The notes beneath the pieces are model-generated. The model had not been told where the DNA came from. It was given only the letters and a program-made list of their open reading frames with translations, and did no database searches. A stretch of DNA of 20,000 bases from an uncultured virus (IMG/VR IMGVR_UViG_3300008113_011532) (taxonomy: Duplodnaviria > Heunggongvirae > Uroviricota > Caudoviricetes), in IMG/VR virus record IMGVR_UViG_3300008113_011532; one strand, written 5' to 3'. A program made the translations under genes and the position numbers. Below are positions 8,053 to 16,773 of the stretch, piece after piece. Position 1 is the first letter of the stretch, and each line of letters starts with the position of its first letter.

Positions 8053-8390
8053 TGGAAATCATGGAAGTACTTAAAGTAAAGTTTTTAAAGCCTGGTGATT
8101 ATATATCAACTGCCGGCGAAGAAATTATAGAGCGAGATATTGATTTTGAATATTTATTGAAAATAATCAGTGATATAGAAACTCAAAAAGCTGGCTTTGG
8201 CAAAAGCCTACACAAGGAAGCTTTTACAGGAGTAGACTATCTTGGCAATTTAGTTAAGTTTTCTTCTTATGTTATTTGGACAGATAATAATAAAATCTAT
8301 AAGTATAACTTTGATGAAAATTGGATGCCCTTTGATGATGAGTTACTAAGAAGAAATAGAGAAGAACGGCTTAAAGTGCTAGGGATATGA
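8049..8390 (+). CDS. AT-rich hypothetical protein with C-terminal REERLKVLGI tag
   Basis: ORF track; ATATGA at both ends. Confidence 0.8.
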   Translation: MMEIMEVLKVKFLKPGDYISTAGEEIIERDIDFEYLLKIISDIETQKAGFGKSLHKEAFTGVDYLGNLVKFSSYVIWTDNNKIYKYNFDENWMPFDDELLRRNREERLKVLGI

Positions 8391-8626
8391 ACGAGACGAT
8401 GATATCGAAGCACGACATGATTGACGTCGACGGGGTCTGGCTGCTTAAGGCCGGAAGGACATACGAGACATCGGACTGCCCGACAACACACACACCCAAC
8501 CTTGAGATAGGACCAAAACTCGTCATCGTCACCTGCGAGGACGGCAAAGACAGGATACGACAAAAATCGGACTTCAAGCACATTTACGAGCACAGAGAAG
8601 AAAGGCTTAAGGAGATTGGAATATGA
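8387..8626 (+). CDS. hypothetical protein with C-terminal REERLKEIGI tag
   Basis: 'LKAGRTYE...IVTCEDGK' weakly resembles the 2020/2280 family. Confidence 0.8.
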   Translation: MNETMISKHDMIDVDGVWLLKAGRTYETSDCPTTHTPNLEIGPKLVIVTCEDGKDRIRQKSDFKHIYEHREERLKEIGI

Positions 8627-8910
8627 TTAAAAAGAGGGAACAAGGTTCGTATTATCATAGTCTGATGACAAAAGATATGCAAGAGGAATGGCTACAGGAA
8701 TTCAATAGGTCATATCATGTGAAACAGGGAACAAGTTTAGAAACATTTTTTACTTGGTGGCGTCATGACTTCCAAGATTTCATTTCGGGCTCGTTTAACT
8801 GGAATGAGAAGAAGAGAGGAATCGAATGGTGGGAAGACTATGCCAATACCGACGAATCTACAATATTGGCATGGAAGAGAGATGAAACGTTAAAAAATCT
8901 CGGAATATGA
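8623..8910 (+). CDS. Trp-rich hypothetical protein with C-terminal RDETLKNLGI tag
   Basis: ORF track; ATATGA coupling. Confidence 0.8.
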   Translation: MIKKREQGSYYHSLMTKDMQEEWLQEFNRSYHVKQGTSLETFFTWWRHDFQDFISGSFNWNEKKRGIEWWEDYANTDESTILAWKRDETLKNLGI

Positions 8911-8945
8911 GAAAAGAACAAACAATCGATGTACTAGGAATATGA
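8907..8945 (+). CDS. 12-aa tag-only mini-ORF MRKEQTIDVLGI
   Basis: ATG AGA AAA GAA CAA ACA ATC GAT GTA CTA GGA ATA TGA; coupled by ATGA overlaps on both sides. Confidence 0.6.
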   Translation: MRKEQTIDVLGI

Positions 8946-9226
8946 AACACATACTTAACCTCATACGAAACAGCGCCATCTACATCACAATCACGAACCT
9001 GGTGGATGTATACCGAGCAGCGACACACAGGCACGACTGGGTGTACTCGAGCCAAGAAGAGGAAATAGCCTTTGGAAACCAGAGACACCGTATAAAGCTG
9101 AACTTCAAAACAAGATACTGTAATAAGTGCGGCACAAAGGAAAGAAAAATACGCGAGACTTGGGCTCCGTGCTCACTCACAAAAGAAGAGCAAAGAGACA
9201 AGAAACTTAGTGACCTGGGCATATGA
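8942..9226 (+). CDS. putative Zn-binding small protein with C-terminal RDKKLSDLGI tag
   Basis: 'HRHDW ... RYCNKCG'. Confidence 0.8.
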   Translation: MKHILNLIRNSAIYITITNLVDVYRAATHRHDWVYSSQEEEIAFGNQRHRIKLNFKTRYCNKCGTKERKIRETWAPCSLTKEEQRDKKLSDLGI

Positions 9227-9242
9227 CCAGGTTTTTTTGTGG

Positions 9243-9563
9243 CTAGATGCCGAGCTCGTCGAGCTTCCTGTCCCTCTCCTCGGTCAAGACCCACAGCATA
9301 GACTCGTGACCGGCCTCTGCCTCCTCCCAGGTGCAGTACCTCTGCTGAAGACCGTCGCGCGGACCGCCGAAGACCATCGTCTCGAAAAGTATAGGCCTGC
9401 CAAGCTCGTCACTGCCGTGCTCCATCGCGAGGAAGACCGTAGACAACTCCACGCCGTTGTGCTTAGCACGGCCTACGCTCAATCCCATATATTTGGAAAG
9501 GACCGCAAAGTCATCGCACGGCACTGCCCGCCTTTCATCGTCCAGTTTGTAGTAGCCAATCAT
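9243..9563 (-). CDS. conserved-looking phage hypothetical protein with C-terminal RDRKLDELGI tag
   Basis: 'STVFL...H...P.LFETMVFGG...RY.TWEEAEAGH'; TACATTTG 4 nt upstream. Confidence 0.85.
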   Translation of the reverse strand: MIGYYKLDDERRAVPCDDFAVLSKYMGLSVGRAKHNGVELSTVFLAMEHGSDELGRPILFETMVFGGPRDGLQQRYCTWEEAEAGHESMLWVLTEERDRKLDELGI

Positions 9564-9567
9564 AATG

Positions 9568-9575
9568 CAAATGTA
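9568..9575 (-). promoter_or_regulatory. Bacteroidota consensus -7 element (TACATTTG)
   Basis: Exact TAnnTTTG, 4 nt before ATG 9563. Confidence 0.7.
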
Positions 9576-9581
9576 GTTATT

Positions 9582-9590
9582 TTATATATA
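9582..9590 (+). promoter_or_regulatory. putative phage late promoter TTATATATA
   Basis: 4 nt before ATG 9595 (MKRIKSYALFES). Confidence 0.6.
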
Positions 9591-9594
9591 CGGA

Positions 9595-10047
9595 ATGAAG
9601 AGAATAAAGTCCTACGCACTTTTCGAGTCAAATCACGAAAGGCTTGAGAAGATGGAGAGCGACCTGAGGGCGCTCACCAGGCAGGTGTTCGAGCTCAGCC
9701 TGGAGCACATAGACGAGGGCGGGTACCTCGGCTACGCGATGACGATACCATCGCCCCAAGAGGGCGGGCTATACCACGAGGACACACTGAGTGTGAAAAT
9801 CGCCAGCGGGATGATCGACAGCGAGAACCAGGAGATAAACTTCGAGTACGACAGCGTCGACTGGGTCGAGCAGTCGCTGGCGGAGGGAATGAAGCCCGCC
9901 GTGTGGTTCTACCTGCTGACGGAGAACACGAACTCCAGGTTCGGCAAGGATATAAACTTCGACCAAGAGAAGACTGAGGAGCTGCAGCAGAGGGCGCTGG
10001 ACGAGCTCAAAGAGCAATGGAAAGGAATAACGATATGGATAGGATAA
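9595..10047 (+). CDS. acidic hypothetical protein with N-terminal MKRIKSYALFES tag
   Basis: ORF track; paralog of the next gene. Confidence 0.8.
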   Translation: MKRIKSYALFESNHERLEKMESDLRALTRQVFELSLEHIDEGGYLGYAMTIPSPQEGGLYHEDTLSVKIASGMIDSENQEINFEYDSVDWVEQSLAEGMKPAVWFYLLTENTNSRFGKDINFDQEKTEELQQRALDELKEQWKGITIWIG

Positions 10048-10511
10048 GGAGGATAAAGAGCTGGAAGGCATTCGAGTCCGCACAATCTAAGAGCGCGGCC
10101 GACGTGCTGGCCGACATACTAGCCGTGGCACAGGACGTATACGACCTGTCGCTCGACAACATAGACAAGGAAGGATCGCTTAAGGTAATGGCTACGGTAG
10201 ACAACCCGGCGAGCCAGAGCGGTGGCGGCGAGTACATATTCAGCGCGTCGTTCGACAGTTCATCCAGGCCGGAGGACTACACGTTCAGCCTGAACAACCT
10301 TGACGTTATACAGCAGGCAATAGACGCGGGCGGCGAGCCTGAGGTCGGCGTGTGCCTAAGCATGATCGACGAGGACGGCACTGAGCTGATGGACATAGAG
10401 GCCACGTACCTTCTCGAGGAGAGCCTCGACGAGCTCAACAGGCTCTGGCCCGGACTACACGGAAAGGCGCTTGGCCCGTACGACTACCAAGAAAACTTCG
10501 ACTACTTTTAG
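10035..10511 (+). CDS. acidic hypothetical protein with N-terminal RRIKSWKAFES tag; tandem paralog of 9595-10047
   Basis: DLRALTRQVFELSLEHIDEGGYL vs DILAVAQDVYDLSLDNIDKEGSL; ALDELKEQWKG vs SLDELNRLWPG. Confidence 0.8.
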   Translation: MDRIRRIKSWKAFESAQSKSAADVLADILAVAQDVYDLSLDNIDKEGSLKVMATVDNPASQSGGGEYIFSASFDSSSRPEDYTFSLNNLDVIQQAIDAGGEPEVGVCLSMIDEDGTELMDIEATYLLEESLDELNRLWPGLHGKALGPYDYQENFDYF

Positions 10512-10513
10512 AT

Positions 10514-11206
10514 ATGGCATCAGCATTAGGACCGAACGGCACCACAGAAGGGCTTGCGATGATGTACGACGCAGGAAACACAAAGAGCTACCCCGGTGGC
10601 ACACTGGTCTGGACCGACCTAATCAACGGATACAAAAAGACAAACGGCGACGACACACGGCTGTTTCTAAACAACGGCGCGCAGCTGGACAATGAAAGCG
10701 GAGGAAACCTCGTCTTCAACGGATCCGACATGTGGGCAAACCACGGTGCAGGCCTCGGAAACGTTGTAAACCTAGGAAGCGCCGGGACGATAAACGTTTG
10801 GTTCAAGCAGACGGCGGCAACGCTCAACAAAGGACTGGTATCGATAGGCAACACTGTTTTCTACATAGGAGGAACCACAACAACACTATTGGCTATCTGG
10901 GATGGTAATGTAGGCTACTTCAACGGGCAGATTATACCGGACGACAGAAAGACGTTATGGAACATGGCGACCTACACCTGGTACGGACAAAACGTGGCCA
11001 CCTACCTGAACGGAGCGGGGCCAGATAACGGAACACTACCAAACATAACGACCAGCGGTTTAGTTTACGTAGGCGTCTACGGAAACCTGAGCTTCTCATC
11101 CTACTTCAACGGAAAGATTACAAACATATCGGTGTACAACAGGGTTCTTAGCTCGCAGGAGGTGGCAGCCAACTACACGGCGATGAGGAAAAGGCACAAC
11201 GTATAA
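10514..11206 (+). CDS. LamG/concanavalin A-like jellyroll protein (probable virion/tail-associated)
   Basis: 'GP....EGLAMMYDAGNTKSYPG...WTDL', 'FNGKITNISVYNRVLSSQEVAANY'. Confidence 0.85.
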   Translation: MASALGPNGTTEGLAMMYDAGNTKSYPGGTLVWTDLINGYKKTNGDDTRLFLNNGAQLDNESGGNLVFNGSDMWANHGAGLGNVVNLGSAGTINVWFKQTAATLNKGLVSIGNTVFYIGGTTTTLLAIWDGNVGYFNGQIIPDDRKTLWNMATYTWYGQNVATYLNGAGPDNGTLPNITTSGLVYVGVYGNLSFSSYFNGKITNISVYNRVLSSQEVAANYTAMRKRHNV

Positions 11207-11213
11207 ATAGTAT

Positions 11214-12620
11214 ATGGGAGCATACGAAGGACCAAACATAGTGACAGCGAGCATGTCATTTTACGTAGACGCGGCCAACACGAAGTCGTACACCGAAATC
11301 GCAAACGGCTGGAAGGACCTCACAGGCAACGTACAGACGCCACTTTCAATGACCGGTACAAAATTCGTCCCGGTAAACGAAGGCATAGTCAACTTCGACG
11401 GCAACCAAGGAAGCTCGGCATCGAACGGTGAGAGCTTCTTCTCAACAAGCTCGAGGACCTTCGACGTCTGGGTAAGGAGGGAACAGGACGTAAGCACCTA
11501 CAACATGGTCTGGGGTCTCTGGTTACCTTACCTGGCGATGATGAACACCGAAAAGTTCCTATTCTCATATAACATGAACCAAGGATCCGGAAACAATCAA
11601 GCGACGCACAACTCTATCCAAAGCTTCGTGGACAACAGGTGGTACCACGTGACCTGTACTGTCGAATACAACATAGGCGTTTCCACCGTATCGAATATGT
11701 ACATAGACGGTGAGTTAGACTCCACGATTACAACAGCAAATGTATTAACCACGACAATAACACCTACGGATGTTCCTGCAGCACACAACCTCATACTCGG
11801 AAACTGGCACCCATCAAACACAAACACGAGGTTCAATGGCTCGATATCCAACTTCAAAATATACGAAAGAGTTTTGAGTGCAGAAGAAGTAAGAAGAAAC
11901 TACCAGGCACACGTGACCAGGTTCTTGCAAGATATTCCATGGAAGGATATGATATTCTTCGTAGATGCTGGAAGGAGTAGATCATTCACCAAAATCGAGA
12001 ACGGCTGGACGGACCTAACACAGAACCAATCAACGCTGCCAATATCAGGTGCATACTACGACTCAAGCGGCGGCGGCTCGATCGCGTTCAACGGAATTGC
12101 CGGATCGGCATCCACATCGGTAGCCTTCGTCCAGTACGCGGAAATGACCTTCGACGTATGGTTTAATAGGACTTCCAGCGTTTCACTGAATTGCATCTGG
12201 AGCATCGGCAACACCCTACTGCAGTTCGAGGGAACTGGCCAATTCAGGTTCACCTGGGTCACGAGATTGGGTGCGGCGTCTACAGGTGCAGGAAGAGAGG
12301 TGCTCTCACCTCTGTTCACCTACGTCGACGGGGTTTGGTACAACGTCACAACTACCCTGGTCCAGAACCTTGTGACCGGACTCTCGACGGCCAAGATGTA
12401 CGTCAACGGAGAGTTGGTGGCAACAAACACTCCGACGTCGCCTTTGCTTGACCAGGTATGGCAGTCCACCTCCGGGATAAAAATAGGTTTATTAGGCGTT
12501 AACGCGTTCAGGCCCTTCAACGGTAAAGTTTCAAACTTCAAAATTTTCAGGCGCGTTCTAACCGACGCCGAAGTCCTTAAGAACTACTTAGCAATGAAGG
12601 ACCGATTTGGTCATCCATAG
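11214..12620 (+). CDS. protein with two tandem LamG/concanavalin A-like domains
   Basis: Two repeats of 'F.VDA...SYT.I.NGW.DLT ... FNG.ISNFKI..RVL...EV..NY'. Confidence 0.85.
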   Translation: MGAYEGPNIVTASMSFYVDAANTKSYTEIANGWKDLTGNVQTPLSMTGTKFVPVNEGIVNFDGNQGSSASNGESFFSTSSRTFDVWVRREQDVSTYNMVWGLWLPYLAMMNTEKFLFSYNMNQGSGNNQATHNSIQSFVDNRWYHVTCTVEYNIGVSTVSNMYIDGELDSTITTANVLTTTITPTDVPAAHNLILGNWHPSNTNTRFNGSISNFKIYERVLSAEEVRRNYQAHVTRFLQDIPWKDMIFFVDAGRSRSFTKIENGWTDLTQNQSTLPISGAYYDSSGGGSIAFNGIAGSASTSVAFVQYAEMTFDVWFNRTSSVSLNCIWSIGNTLLQFEGTGQFRFTWVTRLGAASTGAGREVLSPLFTYVDGVWYNVTTTLVQNLVTGLSTAKMYVNGELVATNTPTSPLLDQVWQSTSGIKIGLLGVNAFRPFNGKVSNFKIFRRVLTDAEVLKNYLAMKDRFGHP

Positions 12621-12629
12621 AATTCTCCT

Positions 12630-12637
12630 TACCTTCG
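12630..12637 (+). promoter_or_regulatory. Bacteroidota-type -7 element (TACCTTCG)
   Basis: 4 nt before ATG 12642. Confidence 0.6.
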
Positions 12638-12641
12638 TCCT

Positions 12642-13058
12642 ATGGACAAGGAAAGACTAGAACAGATGATGCTCAGGCTGCAGATGGCAGTGATTGAGAT
12701 TGGAAGAGGCGAAGGCTTCGACATAAGACTATCGGAACCCGATCAACTATTCTCGGGAAGCCAGAACACACTCATCGCCAAGATGACAATCACCGAGACA
12801 AAACCGGAAGACCACATAGCCAACGAAGCGCTTTGCAGGAAGGTCGGCTTCACACAGAACGTAATCGGCCAGTCGTTCACGCAGAACGGATCGCTCTACC
12901 GTATCGTCAACATAAAGACCAGGAACAGAAAGTACCCCGTGATCGCCTCTTCCAGACTGGGAGGGCTGTACAAGTTCTCCGTCGCGACCGTGAAGAGGAA
13001 CCTCGGCGGCGACCAGCTCATAAACAGAAACGCGAACCTAGACAAACTCATATCATGA
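12642..13058 (+). CDS. hypothetical protein with variant C-terminal tag RNANLDKLIS
   Basis: ORF track; 'GQSF...YRIVNIKTRNRKYPV...YKF'. Confidence 0.8.
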   Translation: MDKERLEQMMLRLQMAVIEIGRGEGFDIRLSEPDQLFSGSQNTLIAKMTITETKPEDHIANEALCRKVGFTQNVIGQSFTQNGSLYRIVNIKTRNRKYPVIASSRLGGLYKFSVATVKRNLGGDQLINRNANLDKLIS

Positions 13059-13501
13059 CAATAGCAATAGTGGCGCTCGCGCTGACGACGCTCATATTCG
13101 GTATCTACATCATACACCTACACTCGAAGCTGTCGGACGCGATAGCGGACAAGAACAACGCAGAGACGCTCACGGCAGCGATGAAGAAAAAGACGACCGT
13201 CGAGGTGTCGCCAGGCGACACGGGACTAATACACAACTACGAACTTCAACACAATGGGAAGGATGGAGAAAAGTATGTATTTAGTGTAGACTTCGAGGTG
13301 AGCATAATCGAGATATCCGAGAAGCGACTCAAGGTGAGCGCCATCGACTACACGACCAACGACGCATGGGCGAAGGACTCTACAAAGAGGCAGGGGATAA
13401 TCAACTTCTTCCAGAACCAATGGGTTAAAAGAGACGAGGTAGAGATAATCTTCGACGACAGGAAGCGCAGGAACGACAAACTAAACGAACTTGGAATATG
13501 A
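13055..13501 (+). CDS. membrane-anchored hypothetical protein with C-terminal RNDKLNELGI tag
   Basis: ATG 13055 in ATGA overlap; hydrophobic N-terminus MTIAIVALALTTLIFGIYII. Confidence 0.8.
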   Translation: MTIAIVALALTTLIFGIYIIHLHSKLSDAIADKNNAETLTAAMKKKTTVEVSPGDTGLIHNYELQHNGKDGEKYVFSVDFEVSIIEISEKRLKVSAIDYTTNDAWAKDSTKRQGIINFFQNQWVKRDEVEIIFDDRKRRNDKLNELGI

Positions 13502-13871
13502 TAGTTCCAACGTTCGAGGAGTTCGCACGCGACATCGGGATGCACCGCAAGGATGCGATAAAGCGCGAAATCCGCGAGATGAAGATAAACATACTCGAGG
13601 GCAAGTACATGTGCACCGACGCTTACTCTATACCCGAAAAGCCGATGATGTGGGAACCCTGCCCCACGGCAGGTCCACGGCGTGCGGGTGCGGCGACAGC
13701 CGGTACGACCACCACTCGATACACGCTGAGAGTGTCATGTCCGTAGTCGAGAGGTGCGGCGGCTCCGCGATGGAATACGAAACCGACGAGCTCAGGAAGA
13801 ACTGGAACGAGTGGACGAAGACCAGAAAGGCCGTGACACACCAGTCGCTAAGGCAACAAGGAAAGTGGTAG
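13498..13871 (+). pseudogene. probable frameshifted Cys-rich gene (junction near 13665-13667)
   Basis: Frame from ATG 13498 looks coding to 'MMWEPCP'; coding-like sequence resumes in another frame 'GRSTACGCGDSRYDHHSIHAES...NWNEW...GKW*'. Confidence 0.55.
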
Positions 13872-13879
13872 AACAAAAA

Positions 13880-13888
13880 TAATATATA
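13880..13888 (+). promoter_or_regulatory. putative phage late promoter TAATATATA
   Basis: Abuts ATG 13888; tagged Met at 13909 (MRYLKFYEDF). Confidence 0.6.
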
Positions 13889-14418
13889 TGGAAAACCAAC
13901 AAGAAAAAATGAGATACCTGAAATTCTACGAAGACTTCTCGGACAACAAGCTGGTCTTCGAAGCAGCGCTTCTCCTGAAACTGGAAGACTCGATGAAAGC
14001 CAAAATACTGGAACTTCTAAAGTCCGAAACAGGAGCAGAGGGACTTTTCCCGCTTCCTGACGAGAAGCTGCACATCACGCTTACGAGCATAAAGAACTGC
14101 AAGGCGAACAAGGACACACTTAAGTCGAGCCTTCCGCAAGTCCCGTCGCCTGAGATCGAGTACCCGGCAATAGAGCTCGGAAGGACCACAATCGCCGAGA
14201 GAGCCGAAACAGGAAAGAAAAGCTTCGTGGTCGAGATAGCGAACCAGGAAGATCTGAAGTCGTTCGTCGACAAGGTTTACGCCGCGATGGGCGTCGAGAA
14301 CCCTGAGCCGGAGAGACACTTCCACATAACGATTGCAAACAACGTCGAGAACAAGAAGGCGCCAGGGATGGCTGACCCGTTCGGCTCGATCGGAGACATA
14401 ACAAAAGAAGATTTCTAA
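13888..14418 (+). CDS. 2H phosphoesterase (2'-5' RNA ligase/phosphodiesterase-like) with N-terminal MRYLKFYEDF tag
   Basis: Two HxT motifs about 83 aa apart: 'LHITL' and 'FHITI'. Alternative start at 13909. Confidence 0.8.
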   Translation: MENQQEKMRYLKFYEDFSDNKLVFEAALLLKLEDSMKAKILELLKSETGAEGLFPLPDEKLHITLTSIKNCKANKDTLKSSLPQVPSPEIEYPAIELGRTTIAERAETGKKSFVVEIANQEDLKSFVDKVYAAMGVENPEPERHFHITIANNVENKKAPGMADPFGSIGDITKEDF

Positions 14419-15095
14419 TGAACGAAGTAAGAATATTTTTCGACCTAGACGGCGTGCTCGCCGACATGGAGGGAGGGCTGAGACAGAACCCAATCATACT
14501 AGAGCTCAGGGCGGTCGTGGACGAGCTGATCGACACGAAGTTCAACGACTACAAAGGCCTCGTGGACGACGACATCAAGACGAAGTTCAAGGCAGAGCTC
14601 GAAGCAAACCCGGAAAGCCCGGTGAAGGAACTCAAGAAAGCGTTCCAGAAGTACACATCGAAGGTGTTCAGCATCGCGGCCAAGCCAGGCTTCTACAGGA
14701 ACCTGCCACTAATGCCGGGCGCACAGGAGATGGTGAAGAAGGCGGCCGAGCTGACCGGCAAGCTACCTAACATACTCTCTGCGCCGGTAGGCGACGAGAA
14801 CGACGCAAACAACCCTTCAGTAATAGAGAAGAGAGAGTGGGTCGAGGAGCACTTCGGCGGAATGGTCGGTGATGTAATCATCACAATCGACAAAGGCAGC
14901 GTCGTTGAGAGCAAGAACGACATCCTTATAGACGACAGGCCAAAGTACGTCGAGAAGTTCACGAGCGCCGGAGGAACCGCGATACTGCACACCGACTACA
15001 GGAAGAGCATCGCAGAGCTGGAGAGCATACTGTCAGGAATGCAGACCAACGAGAGAAGGTTCGTGAAGACATACGAAAGCTTCACCAAGAAATAA
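14418..15095 (+). CDS. HAD-family 5'(3')-deoxyribonucleotidase-like protein
   Basis: Motif I 'FFDLDGVLAD', 'FYRNLPLMPGA', 'ILSAP', 'K..WV..HF', 'ILIDDRPK'. Ends RFVKTYESFTKK. Confidence 0.9.
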   Translation: MNEVRIFFDLDGVLADMEGGLRQNPIILELRAVVDELIDTKFNDYKGLVDDDIKTKFKAELEANPESPVKELKKAFQKYTSKVFSIAAKPGFYRNLPLMPGAQEMVKKAAELTGKLPNILSAPVGDENDANNPSVIEKREWVEEHFGGMVGDVIITIDKGSVVESKNDILIDDRPKYVEKFTSAGGTAILHTDYRKSIAELESILSGMQTNERRFVKTYESFTKK

Positions 15096-15096
15096 G

Positions 15097-15122
15097 AAAA
15101 GCACTCGAAAGAGTGCTTTTTT
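15097..15122. terminator. bidirectional intrinsic terminator
   Basis: AAAAGCACTC-GAAA-GAGTGCTTTT-TT between convergent stops at 15095 and 15124. Confidence 0.9.
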
Positions 15123-15123
15123 G

Positions 15124-16767
15124 TTATCTCTCGACGACCCTAACGTACCTCGGAGAGGTGAAGTTAGGGTTCTTGATAGAAAGCGCGTACAGAAGCATGT
15201 TTGACACTATGTCGTCAATCGCGCGATCCTTACCGGAGTCGTGCGAGTCGATGACAGCCAGGGCCCTTATGACCTGCATGGACTGAACCTTCGAGATAAG
15301 CTTTCTCTTTCGGCTCTCGCCCTCGGTGGACCTGCCCCTGGTGTCCGGTATAACCTCGACCGTCATGTCCCTCTCCATCGACTTCACGTCGGCGTTGAGC
15401 GTAGCGAGAAGCTCCTCGAGATCTTCCTCGTCCAGCATTCCAAGCTCGGCGTAGGTGTTTATCGGCTCGTCCTCTACGTAGTCGCGCACCTTTCCGTAAA
15501 GCGGCGACTCCTCTATGAACCTCTTCATCCAAGCCAGAGAAATCTTGCCCTGCCTTGCCCACTTGCCGTCAATCTCTCCGTCGACGTTCACGTTCTGGTT
15601 CGTGTTGGGCGAGTCGATCGAAAGGTTGCGAGGCGTCTCTATAACCTCACCGTCGTGCAACCACGTGGACATCGTCACAATCTTCGTGCCTATTCCCCTG
15701 CCGAGCTCGCCGGAAACCCTAAGCTTCCTGACCTCGAACTCCGGCAGCTCCATATCCTCGACAGCGTTGACGACGATGAACGTGTCCTCGTCCGCCGGTC
15801 CGGACCTCTTCAGCGAGATAGGTATCAGCACACGCTCGTCGAACATCGAGTTCAGCGCGGTGTTGAACTCCAGTATGTCGCCGCAAGAGTCAATCGACGC
15901 AACGACGTCGGCAATCCTTTCACGCTCGACCATGTAGACGTCGGCAGGGTTGAACTTCGACATGTCGACCGAGAAACCGGCCTCCCTGTTTATCTGGTTG
16001 TACTTCGATATGACCTTCGCAGGTATCGAGTCGGTACCCTTTGATGATATGTGGTAAATCACGTACGACCTGCCAGAGGCTATAAGAGGTAGTCTCTGGT
16101 CCTTCAGCCTCACGCTGAACTTGGCAAGCAGGTTGGGAACCTTCGCGAACGTAGCGACCCACGCAGGATCGGAAACGTAGTAGTCTATGATCTCGTCGTC
16201 CATCAAGAAGTTCGGCGAGACGTTGACCTCGCATGTCTCGACGCCAGTCGCCACGAACCTCTTGTTTTGGCCCATCTCCTTCGATATGTACTGCATCACC
16301 TTCTTTATCACATCGGCGTCATTCGGCAGGTCGACGCCATCGGCTATCCTCTTTGCGAGGAAAAGTGCCTGTATTGACTCGTGCTCCCTGATTCTCCTTC
16401 CGGAACCCGACGAACCGAAGTCCGTGGTCTTCTTGAAGTCTGTAAGCTTATAGACGCTGCCGTCGTCCTCGTCCTTGAAGACCTTGGTCGCCCGGCTGTT
16501 CTTCCTGAGGTAGTCGCTGGCCTTCTCTACGTCGAACTTCCCCTCGTCGTCCGTGATGTTACCGATAGCGGTGTCGACGTCAGTCCAATCCCCGTCGACG
16601 TCCGGATCTTTCATCTTCTCGATGTCGACCTTGCGACCGTTGTTTAGCTCTATGTCGTCGTTGGCCCTCAGCTTGGCGACGAGAACATCACCCCTTTTCC
16701 TTGTACCAAGGTCGTCGACCTTCAGGTTGTTCTCGAAGAACCTCGCCCATCCCTTAATCCTGTTCAT
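15124..16767 (-). CDS. 547-aa protein, putative PD-(D/E)xK restriction-endonuclease-like, with N-terminal MNRIKGWARFFE tag
   Basis: 'HESIQALF ... FNPADVYM ... LIPISLK' fits an E...PxD...SLK nuclease-like core. Confidence 0.6.
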   Translation of the reverse strand: MNRIKGWARFFENNLKVDDLGTRKRGDVLVAKLRANDDIELNNGRKVDIEKMKDPDVDGDWTDVDTAIGNITDDEGKFDVEKASDYLRKNSRATKVFKDEDDGSVYKLTDFKKTTDFGSSGSGRRIREHESIQALFLAKRIADGVDLPNDADVIKKVMQYISKEMGQNKRFVATGVETCEVNVSPNFLMDDEIIDYYVSDPAWVATFAKVPNLLAKFSVRLKDQRLPLIASGRSYVIYHISSKGTDSIPAKVISKYNQINREAGFSVDMSKFNPADVYMVERERIADVVASIDSCGDILEFNTALNSMFDERVLIPISLKRSGPADEDTFIVVNAVEDMELPEFEVRKLRVSGELGRGIGTKIVTMSTWLHDGEVIETPRNLSIDSPNTNQNVNVDGEIDGKWARQGKISLAWMKRFIEESPLYGKVRDYVEDEPINTYAELGMLDEEDLEELLATLNADVKSMERDMTVEVIPDTRGRSTEGESRKRKLISKVQSMQVIRALAVIDSHDSGKDRAIDDIVSNMLLYALSIKNPNFTSPRYVRVVER

Positions 16768-16773
16768 AGAACA

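Noticed and set aside
7771..9226. CRISPR array or integron attC repeats
   Set aside because: The recurring sequence varies at synonymous positions, lacks palindromic or attC structure, and the intervening sequences are full ORFs of variable length; no cas or integrase gene is present.
9223..9246. ORF MTRFFCG* after the 9226 ATATGA junction
   Set aside because: Only 7 codons, no tag, and it runs into the convergent gene; probably a leftover junction.
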